A stretch of 63,140 bases of DNA, the filler included, from Octopus bimaculoides (Eukaryota), in assembly GCF_001194135.2 (NCBI RefSeq). It is 5 parts of 4 records of this genome, joined end to end, with 100 filler letters (N's around TTAATTAATTAA, not from the genome) between each part and the next. Parts side by side here need not be neighbours in the genome. Positions count along the whole stretch, not along the records: positions 43,909 to 54,569 come from NC_068991.1; positions 54,670 to 60,580 come from NC_068984.1; positions 60,681 to 63,140 come from NC_069005.1; 2 more parts are not named here. The stretch is one strand, 5' to 3'. How positions within the stretch are numbered: position 1 is the first letter of the stretch; each line of letters begins with the position of its first letter. Made by a program: the position numbers and the translations under genes. The notes beneath the pieces were generated by a model. That model was not told the DNA's origin, did not search any database, and was given only the letters and a program-made list of their open reading frames with translations. Shown in pieces: positions 52,658 through 63,140 of this stretch.

Positions 52658-53526
52658 CTTTTAATTAAATTTCAATATTTCATTTATTTAATNNNNNNNN
52701 NNNNNNNNNNNNNNNNNNNNNNNNNNNNNNNNNNNNNNNNNNNNNNNNNNNNNNNNNNNNNNNNNNNNNNNNNNNNNNNNNNNNNNNNNNNNNNNNNNNN
52801 NNNNNNNNNNNNNNNNNNNNNNNNNNNNNNNNNNNNNNNNNNNNNNNNNNNNNNNNNNNNNNNNNNNNNNNNNNNNNNNNNNNNNNNNNNNNNNNNNNNN
52901 NNNNNNNNNNNNNNNNNNNNNNNNNNNNNNNNNNNNNNNNNNNNNNNNNNNNNNNNNNNNNNNNNNNNNNNNNNNNNNNNNNNNNNNNNNNNNNNNNNNN
53001 NNNNNNNNNNNNNNNNNNNNNNNNNNNNNNNNNNNNNNNNNNNNNNNNNNNNNNNNNNNNNNNNNNNNNNNNNNNNNNNNNNNNNNNNNNNNNNNNNNNN
53101 NNNNNNNNNNNNNNNNNNNNNNNNNNNNNNNNNNNNNNNNNNNNNNNNNNNNNNNNNNNNNNNNNNNNNNNNNNNNNNNNNNNNNNNNNNNNNNNNNNNN
53201 NNNNNNNNNNNNNNNNNNNNNNNNNNNNNNNNNNNNNNNNNNNNNNNNNNNNNNNNNNNNNNNNNNNNNNNNNNNNNNNNNNNNNNNNNNNNNNNNNNNN
53301 NNNNNNNNNNNNNNNNNNNNNNNNNNNNNNNNNNNNNNNNNNNNNNNNNNNNNNNNNNNNNNNNNNNNNNNNNNNNNNNNNNNNNNNNNNNNNNNNNNNN
53401 NNNNNNNNNNNNNNNNNNNNNNNNNNNNNNNNNNNNNNNNNNNNNNNNNNNNNNNNNNNNNNNNNNNNNNNNNNNNNNNNNNNNNNNNNNNNNNNNNNNN
53501 NNNNNNNNNNNNNNNNNNNNNNNNNN

Positions 53527-53564
<38 letters not shown>

Positions 53565-54487
53565 CAACATATTGGGGAAACAAAGGAAAGAAGTAAAGAG
53601 AGGAGGAAGAACTATGAAGGAGATAGTAGGAACTGCCACAGAACCAGAAAATGTTTGTTTTTATTTTTGGTGGGGGTGGGTTATATATATATATATATAT
53701 TTTTCGGAAGCATTCGATTCCTTCTTCTAAAAATCTACTGAACCTCATATATATTCTAAAGTCAATTACTTTTAGTACTATTAGTAGTGGTATTTCTCAG
53801 AAAAACCTCCTACCACCACCGCCACCATCACCATCACCGCCAAACATAACAAACAACGATAGGTGAAGCATATTGCAGCTACATATACATAGATTCTTTG
53901 TTAGAAGAACACATAGAAACAACAGGTAGGTATATATATAAAGGAAGAGGGAGACGGAGACAAAATTAATGATGAACAGAAGACAGAATAGGCCTCGTAT
54001 ACACACACATATATATATATTTATATACATGTATATATATATATTAGCTGATTTTTGGGTAGCCATATTGCTGGTGAACAATGGTAGCAGAATTTCTCTG
54101 CTCTGTCCTCTTCCTCCTTCTCCCTCTCATTGATTTTTATTTCACCGATTCCATCAGCAGTTCAAGCAACATTGAACAGTCGGCTGGTTCATTCTAATGT
54201 GGAAAAATTCCTGCAGCAAATATAACCACTACATGCGTGTTTTCTGCCACACAACACAGCAGCACCAATTCCCAAACTCTGGTGCTTCATTCTTCATATT
54301 ATTATAGTCATTATCATTATTTTTATTATTATTATTATTACATGAGCCAATACTAGAAAACATGATAATTTACTAACATAGGTACAAGCAAAATCACAAT
54401 AAAAATAATAATAATAATAATAATAATAATATCATCATCATCAATAAAGACATTATGAAAATAAAGAACTCATCATTATATCAGGGT

Positions 54488-54569
54488 TTCAAATTTTGGC
54501 ACAAGGCCAGTAATGATGGGGGGAGGGGTAATCGATTACATTGACCCCTATGCCCAACTGGTACTTATT
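54488..54569 (-). mobile_element. SINE family B 3' end (cut by gap)
   Basis: ttcaaattttggcacaaggccag...caactggtacttatt. Confidence 0.75.
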
Positions 54570-55734
54570 NNNNNNNNNNNNNNNNNNNNNNNNNNNNNNN
54601 NNNNNNNNNNNNNTTAATTAATTAANNNNNNNNNNNNNNNNNNNNNNNNNNNNNNNNNNNNNNNNNNNNATCAAATTCTACCACCTCCTAGATTTCGATT
54701 ATCTCCCCTATACCGGAAGAAATCCCTAATTACCTCCCCCTATCTAGAACTCTTCTTTCTCAGACTGGAGCGAACAGGACACAATGAAGTAGAGAAATTT
54801 GAAAAGACAACACGAAACCGGTTATTTCTCAAAATACAATGTTTATATACCAAAAAGATTTTCTAACATTTTTCTAACATTTTTCTGACATAATTTAAAT
54901 ATATACTTTAACCATGTAACACAAGCCTTCTGTAGTTTTTTCACTCTTATTATCTTTTATATATATATATATATACATACATACACACACACGCACACAC
55001 ACACATATATATATATAAATTTGATATGGGCGATTCTTTCTTGTCATGGGATTCACGGTCAAACGGCTGGGCGGAATTGCTCGAAAAATTACACAGATCT
55101 GTAGAATGATCTGGTGGTGATGCTGGGTTTTGTATTTTTCGTCGCTCCCATGGTTACCGAGATAATCTACTATAATAATACTCTTGTGTTTGTGAATGAG
55201 TAAGGATGTGAATGAGATAGATGAATAAGGAAGGAAGGGGTGATGTCAAACATTAATTGTATTTGTTTAAAGTTTTTGCTACTGACTATGTTTTACATTG
55301 TATACTCATCGAGTTGCTTAACAAAGTACAATGTATATGATTGTTTGCGTACATACAACGACTTCAGTCATATACTTGATTTTTTAATCATGGTTGCGGT
55401 TCAGATTAGGTACAATGACAACATTAGACATTATTAGACTTCGATTACACCAATTAAGATAATTTTAGTTATATCGGAGTACTGAAACCTTCCAGTTACT
55501 ATAGCTCACGGCAACTTAACATTTTTATTAATTTGGGTTTTTTTCATTGCTTTGCTAATTTTTGTTTTCTTAAAATATTTTTTTTTAACCTTTATTTATT
55601 ATTTTTTTTTTTAATTACAAAGCGGAGGTAAATATTTAGAAGATATCACGTTTTACAGCAACATCAACAAAACTACCCGGGTGAAACCGGGAAAAACAGC
55701 TAGTATATATATATATATACACACACACAGACGC

Positions 55735-55792
<58 letters not shown>

Positions 55793-55830
55793 NNNNNNNN
55801 NNNNNNNNNNNNNNNNNNNNNNNNNNNNNN

Positions 55831-55898
<68 letters not shown>

Positions 55899-56323
55899 CG
55901 TTTTATCTTTTGCTTGTTTCAGTCATTAGATTGAAGTCATGCTGGGGTACCGCCTTGAATTGATTAAGCCGGACAAAGCGACCGCTGGATTTTTTAAAGC
56001 CTCGTACTTATTCTATCAATCTCTTAGGCTAAACCGATAAGTCACAGAGAAACCGACACTGCTGTAAAGCGATGGAGGGTGGGAAAACACTGACATAGAC
56101 ACACAAATACACACGCACGCACATGCACACAAACTCATACTCACACACATACATACACACGCGCGAGCGCACATACACACACACACATATATGTATACAC
56201 GACGGGCTTCTTTCAATTTCTGTCTACAAAATTCACTCACTAGGATTTCGTCAGCCTGAGGCTATAGCAGAAGAAATTTGACCAAGGTGCCACGCAATGG
56301 GACTGACTGAACCCAGAAGCGGG
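55899..56323 (-). mobile_element. SINE family A, diverged
   Basis: cgacgggcttctttcaatttc...gaggctatagcagaaga...caaggtgccacgca. Confidence 0.8.
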
Positions 56324-56720
56324 ATATATGTATATGCATACATACATACATACATGCATACATATATATATATATATATANNNNNNNNNNNNNNNNNNNN
56401 NNNNNNNNNNNNNNNNNNNNNNNNNNNNNNNNNNNNNNNNNNNNNNNNNNNNNNNNNNNNNNNNNNNNNNNNNNNNNNNNNNNNNNNNNNNNNNNNNNNN
56501 NNNNNNNNNNNNNNNNNNNNNNNNNNNNNNNNNNNNNNNNNNNNNNNNNNNNNNNNNNNNNNNNNNNNNNNNNNNNNNNNNNNNNNNNNNNNNNNNNNNN
56601 NNNNNNNNNNNNNNNNNNNNNNNNNNNNNNNNNNNNNNNNNNNNNNNNNNNNNNNNNNNNNNNNNNNNNNNNNNNNNNNNNNNNNNNNNNNNNNNNNNNN
56701 NNNNNNNNNNNNNNNNNNNN

Positions 56721-56751
<31 letters not shown>

Positions 56752-56777
56752 GTTAAAATACGTGACACTTATTCGGT

Positions 56778-56848
56778 AGCCATGATAAAACTCCGAGTTT
56801 CGGATGCCGGGGTGGGAACCCATACCACCATCTCTTCAGTTATCCGGC
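56778..56848 (-). ncRNA. Type I hammerhead ribozyme (Penelope pseudo-LTR type)
   Basis: Minus strand GCC-g-GATAA-CTGAAGA-GATG...CATC-c-GAAA-CTCGGAG-T-T-TTATC-at-GGC: stem I GAUAA/UUAUC, stem II GAUG/CAUC, stem III ACU/AGU, GUU triplet. Confidence 0.8.
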
Positions 56849-57559
56849 CATTGAAAATTCCTGTGAAAAATGACCGTTAAACAAAAGGAAATTACTGTGT
56901 GGTTGACCGTTATTAAGACAAAAGAGCTATGAACCACTAAGTATGGAAAGGGAGTAAAGGTAAGGGAGTAGAAAAGTCTAAGGTGTTCCCGTAAGCGCAC
57001 CAATCCGTACATTCGCCTATATGTGTATACTCACCCACGCTCGCTTGAAACACACACATTATCACACAGATACTCGCCAAAAGCTATGTATATATATATA
57101 CATATACCAATATGTACCGCATACACACCCACACACACACACACACGCTCAACACCCTCGCACCCATACACACGCACGCAAAAAACAACCACAGGTCTAA
57201 AAGCAAAATACAGAAGAAAGTGTGAAAAAGCTATAAGATTAAAACGCGTCTATATGCACATATTTTCGCATGCACGCACATACATCTATATACGCACGTA
57301 CCCGCACACACCCACACATTCGCAATCGCGCACATAAGGTTCCATGTACGCGTCTATAGATGCACAAGAAAAAAGCGGTGTGGAGGGGAGAAAACAGAAA
57401 AAAATATATGTGGAAAATGTACAAAATATTATCTCTATAAATATGTAAAAAATATTAAAAAATATATAAGAAAACTAAGTAAAAAGTATAGAGAGATAAA
57501 GAGCTTATACATAGACACAATATAGAAAACAAGTCCTATAAGTAAACTCAGGGGGACCA

Positions 57560-57930
57560 AAAAGGTAGCAAATATTTAGCCACATGTGGACATTATCCGA
57601 AAAGTTCAGTTCTTGAATTTAGACATGTGGCGGGGTCTAAGCTGCCTTTCTTGATGAGCCATCTTTCCATATCACATAGACCACACCTTCCGCTGCCGCT
57701 GGTGTAAGGTTTACACTTGGCGAAGATCTTCCAATGGATGTTGTAACTGACACCTTTATCTTTTAAGGACCATATATGACTGGATAATTTGGCCATTTTC
57801 CTTTTGTCCCAGTGCCTGAAGCTCAAGGTGTGATTATTGAATCTGGCCTTGAAATTACCCTCCGTAAGGCCCACGTATTTCTTCGTCGAAACTGTGTCCT
57901 TAGTGAATATAGAGTCCACGGTGGCCTCAT
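57560..57930 (-). mobile_element. Penelope-like element, C-terminal GIY-YIG endonuclease fragment
   Basis: KYVGLTEGNFKARFNNHTLSF..LSSHIWSLK..YNIHWKI..RCGLCDME..LNSRTEL, then a premature TAA before CPHVAKYLL. Confidence 0.88.
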
Positions 57931-58429
57931 ANNNNNNNNNNNNNNNNNNNNNNNNNNNNNNNNNNNNNNNNNNNNNNNNNNNNNNNNNNNNNNNNNNNNN
58001 NNNNNNNNNNNNNNNNNNNNNNNNNNNNNNNNNNNNNNNNNNNNNNNNNNNNNNNNNNNNNNNNNNNNNNNNNNNNNNNNNNNNNNNNNNNNNNNNNNNN
58101 NNNNNNNNNNNNNNNNNNNNNNNNNNNNNNNNNNNNNNNNNNNNNNNNNNNNNNNNNNNNNNNNNNNNNNNNNNNNNNNNNNNNNNNNNNNNNNNNNNNN
58201 NNNNNNNNNNNNNNNNNNNNNNNNNNNNNNNNNNNNNNNNNNNNNNNNNNNNNNNNNNNNNNNNNNNNNNNNNNNNNNNNNNNNNNNNNNNNNNNNNNNN
58301 NNNNNNNNNNNNNNNNNNNNNNNNNNNNNNNNNNNNTATATATACACATTTATATATACATACATAAATGTATGTATAAATGATGTATAAATGTATGTAT
58401 AAATGATATCACCATTCCCATCAAATGGT

Positions 58430-59010
58430 ACTTTCTCATTTCCTAATTAGAGGAGGCAGGTTGAAAACTGTTGTGCACATTGGTCCCCATGTAATAAAGC
58501 TCGCACGTTAGTATTGAAGGGGAATTTCTGTACTTTATTCCATAGATGTGAAGACTTAATGCATGCTTTTATTTCATCAGGTGTTGTTCATCGCAGAATG
58601 ACTGATAATGTCTGTCTGAAATTTCCTGATAAAACTAATGTAACTCTTCCTGTAGATTAATTGTTGCCACTTATGTCCTGTAAGGTTTTATCAAGAGCTT
58701 CCATTGCACCTCTATGTGACATGGTGCATTCATCTCAAATGTTCAGGTGGCATTGTTATAACACTTCTGCTGAACTTAGATCTCTGCTCATGTTACAGAT
58801 TGGACTGTCATTTGTGACCAGGTTTAGCGGTAATTTAAAAGTAGAATGAGCTGTTCGTCCGCCTGGGAGAACTGTGGCAGCAAAGTCAAACAATGCTACA
58901 GCAACTGCAATTCTTTTTAGTTGCCTTACCTTGGAGAGAAGCAATGTTACAAATGTTTTACCTGTGCCGCCAGGAGCATCAAGAAAATTCCTCCGCTTTT
59001 TTTCTGGCGA
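58430..59010 (-). mobile_element. Helitron Pif1-type helicase fragment (pseudogenised)
   Basis: FLDAPGGTGKTF, GGRTAHSTFKLP, DECTM..AMEALDKTL, LSGNFRQTL; internal stops. Confidence 0.9.
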
Positions 59011-59204
59011 TTGTGGAACGCCCCACGCACACATGCAGGCAAATTCACACACATACACATATACACACATGTCAAGCATCAGATAAAATGGATATGCGTG
59101 TGTGAGAGAATGAGAGAGAGCGAGAGAGAGTGAAGGGGTGTGTTTTCATGTATACGTACCTATATAAATAAGCATACATCTTTTTTGAAAGTATGCGTGC
59201 GTAC

Positions 59205-59240
<36 letters not shown>

Positions 59241-59394
59241 GAGAGAGAAATAGTGAGTGCCACTTAGACATCCTTCTCTGTCTGTCTGTCTCTCTCTCAC
59301 ACACACTCACACATACATAAGAAAAGATGTATACATATGTATTTATGTATGTACGTATACGTGACAACACACTCCTTCACTCACTTTCTCTCTC

Positions 59395-59595
59395 TCTCTC
59401 TGTCTCTCATTCCCTCTCTCTCTGTCTCTCATTCTCTCTCTCTGTCTCTCATTCTCTCTATCTCTGTCTCTCGTTCTCTGTCTCTCTGTCTCTCATTCTC
59501 TCTCTCTCTGTCTCTCATTCTTTCTCTCTCTGTCTCTCGTTCTCTGTCTCTCTGTCTCTCATTCTCTCTCTCTCTGTCTCTCATTCTCTCTCTCT
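59395..59595. repeat. (TC)-rich minisatellite (tctctctctgtctctcattc-like units)
   Basis: Direct inspection. Confidence 0.85.
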
Positions 59596-59854
59596 CACAC
59601 ACACACAGACATGCATAAATGTATACAAACACACATATACATACAAAAACACACCTGTGCGTGTATGACTGACTACAAATACAACGAGCTGAACACGGCG
59701 CGTAAAAAGTAAACTTTTAAAAAATTACGGAAATTAACAAAGTGTGCTGGTTCAAGCGAAAGAATGACCATAACTTTTGGACGCCCCATGTTGAATTGCA
59801 AAATTGTAATGTGATCTTTGTGTAATAAGAAAATCAAACTTGGAATGTGTGTGT

Positions 59855-59926
<72 letters not shown>

Positions 59927-60254
59927 ATTGCAAATAATGAATGAAATAAACATGAAATGAAAAATCGCATAAATAAAAGCACGTTAAAAACTATCTTGCA
60001 CCGAATATTTAAGTCTGTGAACTTAGTGGATATTTCTTTCAGTAATTTATCTTAGTTGTTCTCAAACAGCGAATTGAAACATAAAATCAAAACATTAAAA
60101 TAGAGAGAGAGAGAGAGATTTCGCAAATGAAAAGGGAAAAATTTCGCCGTTGCTAAGTCAATACCGGAAGATGACATTGAAAAACGTTTTTAAAATTTTT
60201 TTTTAAGTTTCAGCTTAGAGCTGCGGCCATGATGATGCACCACCATGTTGCTAC

Positions 60255-60530
60255 ACTGTTATTACAGGGAACCTCTTACAATATGTGGCACTTGGTGAAG
60301 AATGGAGTTTGATTTAGCAACCCTCATTTGCACCTCCTGCCGCGAGGTAGGTTCATCTGGGACTCTCGATAGGAAGAGGTCCAGTTTTGATTTAAAAACC
60401 CCTACATCTACTTTGTGCAGATTCCTCAGGCTCTTTGGGAGAATATTAAAAAGCTGTGGGCCCAGCAATGTTATTTATGCATCCCAAGTATGGAAGCACT
60501 TCGCGCAGCCATTTTCGCATGAAGAACGAA
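60255..60530 (-). mobile_element. CR1-group LINE ORF2 extreme C-terminus
   Basis: GPQLFNILPKSLRN...FKSKLDLFLSRVPDEP...SNS, a typical CR1-like terminal motif string. Confidence 0.7.
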
Positions 60531-61542
60531 CACACACACCGGTCTATTTTATTATACTATATATATATATATGTATATATNNNNNNNNNNNNNNNNNNNN
60601 NNNNNNNNNNNNNNNNNNNNNNNNTTAATTAATTAANNNNNNNNNNNNNNNNNNNNNNNNNNNNNNNNNNNNNNNNNNNNAGTGATGCAGTATGACCGTT
60701 TCAAGCGGCTCCATTTAATTAAACAATGCAATCATTACATCGATTTAAATGTAGTGCCATCTTCAGCTGCACAAATAAATAAATAGAATTTTAACCAGTA
60801 GGACACATTAATATAATTTTTCTTAAATATTTTAACAGAGTAAAAAGATGGAAGAAATTCATATTGTCGCTGTTATGGCTAAGAATAGATAACACTTCCA
60901 AGAATCGCATGAAGCCTATTTGGGTCATAGTGTTGTAAGGGATTGTAATTCATTTCTAATTCATTTATCTCTTTATCAACTACTAAATCTAAGACTAGAA
61001 GACTGTATCTATTATGAATAAAGGACAAGAGTGAGTTGACAGCTAATGGCTAGGTATGGTCATAAATATTATCATAAGTATCCCTTTTTCCTCGGGGAGG
61101 AAAGAAAACATTAGGAGTAGTCAATTGGATATAAGTAACTGTCCATAAGAGGTTGGGTAGAGGAAGACTTTATTTAAATCACGATGTTAATTACCAGTTA
61201 AAGAGGCAAGACGTAAAGAAACCTAAAATGTTAATACAGAGAAAATAAAATATAATTTAAGATTTTCAAAAATGATATTATAACCAAAATAGGTAAAATA
61301 TGTGCATATATCAATTATAAACATTAAAAAGGCAAGATTACATAGCATCAGTTTAATATTCATTCATGTCCTTAATTAATTATTTATTATATGGTTTCTA
61401 TAAAGACTGCGCAGGGCATTTACTTGTGGAATAACTGGAAAGATAAGCATGCTATCTGTCTATTATTAATTTTAAGCCATGCATCAGAAAAAAGTAAAGA
61501 CGCATACAGATAAACACACATTTGTATATGTGCGAATGTGCT

Positions 61543-61787
61543 CCCCCCCCCCCCAACTGGATGGGACGCCAGTCCAACGCAGCGTTACTCAAGAAACAGG
61601 AAGAAAGAGTGAGAGAAAGCTGGGGCGGAAGAGTACGACAGGGATCGCCACCACCCCATGCCGGAGCCTCGTGGAGCTTTTAGGTGTTTTCGCTCAATAA
61701 ACACACACAACGCCCGGTCAGAGAATCGAAACCGCGATCCTCCGACCGCGTGTCCGTTGCCCTAACCACTGGGCCATTGCGCCTCCA
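61543..61787 (-). mobile_element. Chimeric SINE: family D head + family C (V-like) core
   Basis: Minus strand D head/body then gagtaacgctgcgttggactggcgtcccatccag, as at ~30723-30755. Confidence 0.8.
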
Positions 61788-61906
61788 CACTACTCAGTAT
61801 AGAAGTTAATTAACAACTCTATTGAAAACAGACTGGATTATGAAAACCTACATGGAGCTCTGCACATAACAGTAGCAATCGTACATCTACTTGTACATAT
61901 AATTTC

Positions 61907-61983
<77 letters not shown>

Positions 61984-62069
61984 TATATATATAATAAATA
62001 CAAATGATGTATAAGCATATGCATGTATACATACATATATGTACATATCTACATCTACATGTATGTATA

Positions 62070-62240
62070 GATGCATATCTGGGTACAGGACGTTAGACAA
62101 ATGAACAGGAGCATAAAAACCAAAAAAAAGGACTTTGTTTACAGACAACAGAGCGAACACATAGGAAAACAAACAAGCCACTTATGGAATTATTCCTTCA
62201 TCAGCTGCCGCTATTCTAAAATCAGGCGTTACCTGTGATC
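62070..62240 (-). repeat. Interspersed repeat homologous to 11265-11410
   Basis: gatgcatatctgggtacaggacg...ttccttcatcagctgcc. Confidence 0.5.
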
Positions 62241-62883
62241 ACAAGCGTCCGACGAACGGTAACGTGAAACTCTGAGTAACAGTTGTGGAAGATTTTTTTT
62301 CGGTTTTAATAAAAAAGACTATTACTCTACCTTCGGTATTCGAGTACTGTTTCTTCCACCTTGTTTTGCATTTATGTGCTTATTTGTGTATGTGTCTCTC
62401 TGTGTGTGTATGTATGTGTGTGTGTTTATGCCTGTACGCATGTATCCGGACTACATTATCTGGTGTATCTTGTCTTTTATCCAGATATTACATATCTATA
62501 ATTATATTATCTAACGTGTCCTCTCTTTTGTTCGGGCACACTGTATCAAGAACTACATTATCTAACATGTTCTCGCTTTCATAACATATCAAGGACGAAT
62601 GTGTTCTGTCTTCTATCCAGTCATAGTGTATCTTGGACTCCGTTATCTAATATGTCCTCTATTTTATTCAAAACTCAGTTTATCTCAGACACCATTATCT
62701 AATATATCGAGGCCTTCATAATACCCCCGAGACTCCATTATGTAATATGTCCCAACTTTTATTCGAACTTAGTGTGTTTCGAACTACATTGTCTCATTGT
62801 CGTTCTTGTTTTCAAAAGACAACAGTGTGTTATATGAAAGGGATTCGGCTGTTATTTATAGCAGTTCTAGTGATCACGTGAGA

Positions 62884-63140
62884 GGAGGCGCAATGGCCTA
62901 GTGGTTAGGGCAACGGACTCGCGGTCATAGGATCGCGGTTTCGATTCCCAGACCGGCCGTTGTGAGTGTTTATTGAGCAAAAACACCTAAAGCTTCACGA
63001 GGCTCCGGCAGGGAATGGTGGCGAACCCTGCTGTACTCTTCCACCGCAACTTTCTCTCACTCTTACTTCCTGTTTCTGTTGTGCCTGTAATTCAAAGGGT
63101 CAGCCTTGTCACACTGTGTTACGCTGAATATCCCCGAGAA
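62884..63140 (+). mobile_element. SINE family D, runs off the window end
   Basis: A box tggcctagtgg, B-box-like gtttcgattcc, tRNA-like head. Confidence 0.9.

Noticed and set aside
62884-62955. tRNA genes (A and B boxes here and in other heads)
   Set aside because: No full cloverleaf, and each continues into a SINE body, so these are tRNA-derived heads.

Overview
Very AT-rich, microsatellite-saturated, heavily gapped eukaryotic scaffold. The repeat landscape points to a coleoid cephalopod, most likely Octopus (inference). No intact, recognisable host gene is visible, and almost all long ORFs in the track are microsatellite or N-gap artefacts. The identifiable sequence is a transposon graveyard: (i) at least five tRNA-headed SINE-like families, which I label A-E, several with clear target-site duplications (TSDs); (ii) five R4/Dong-type LINE 3' ends tied to (TAA)n; (iii) three Tx1/L1-type fragments; (iv) a CR1-like 3' end; (v) a Penelope-like GIY-YIG endonuclease; (vi) a Helitron Pif1 helicase fragment; (vii) several mariner remnants and MITEs, one Hsmar1-like and one foldback. 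The most interesting signals are a structurally near-complete type I hammerhead ribozyme downstream of the Penelope endonuclease, a tRNA-headed short element carrying a minimal hammerhead, a stack of about 10 SINEs, several long inverted repeats (potential dsRNA/ADAR substrates), and a speculative four-exon minus-strand model for a 104-aa secreted Cys-containing peptide. All alignments and folds were done by eye.
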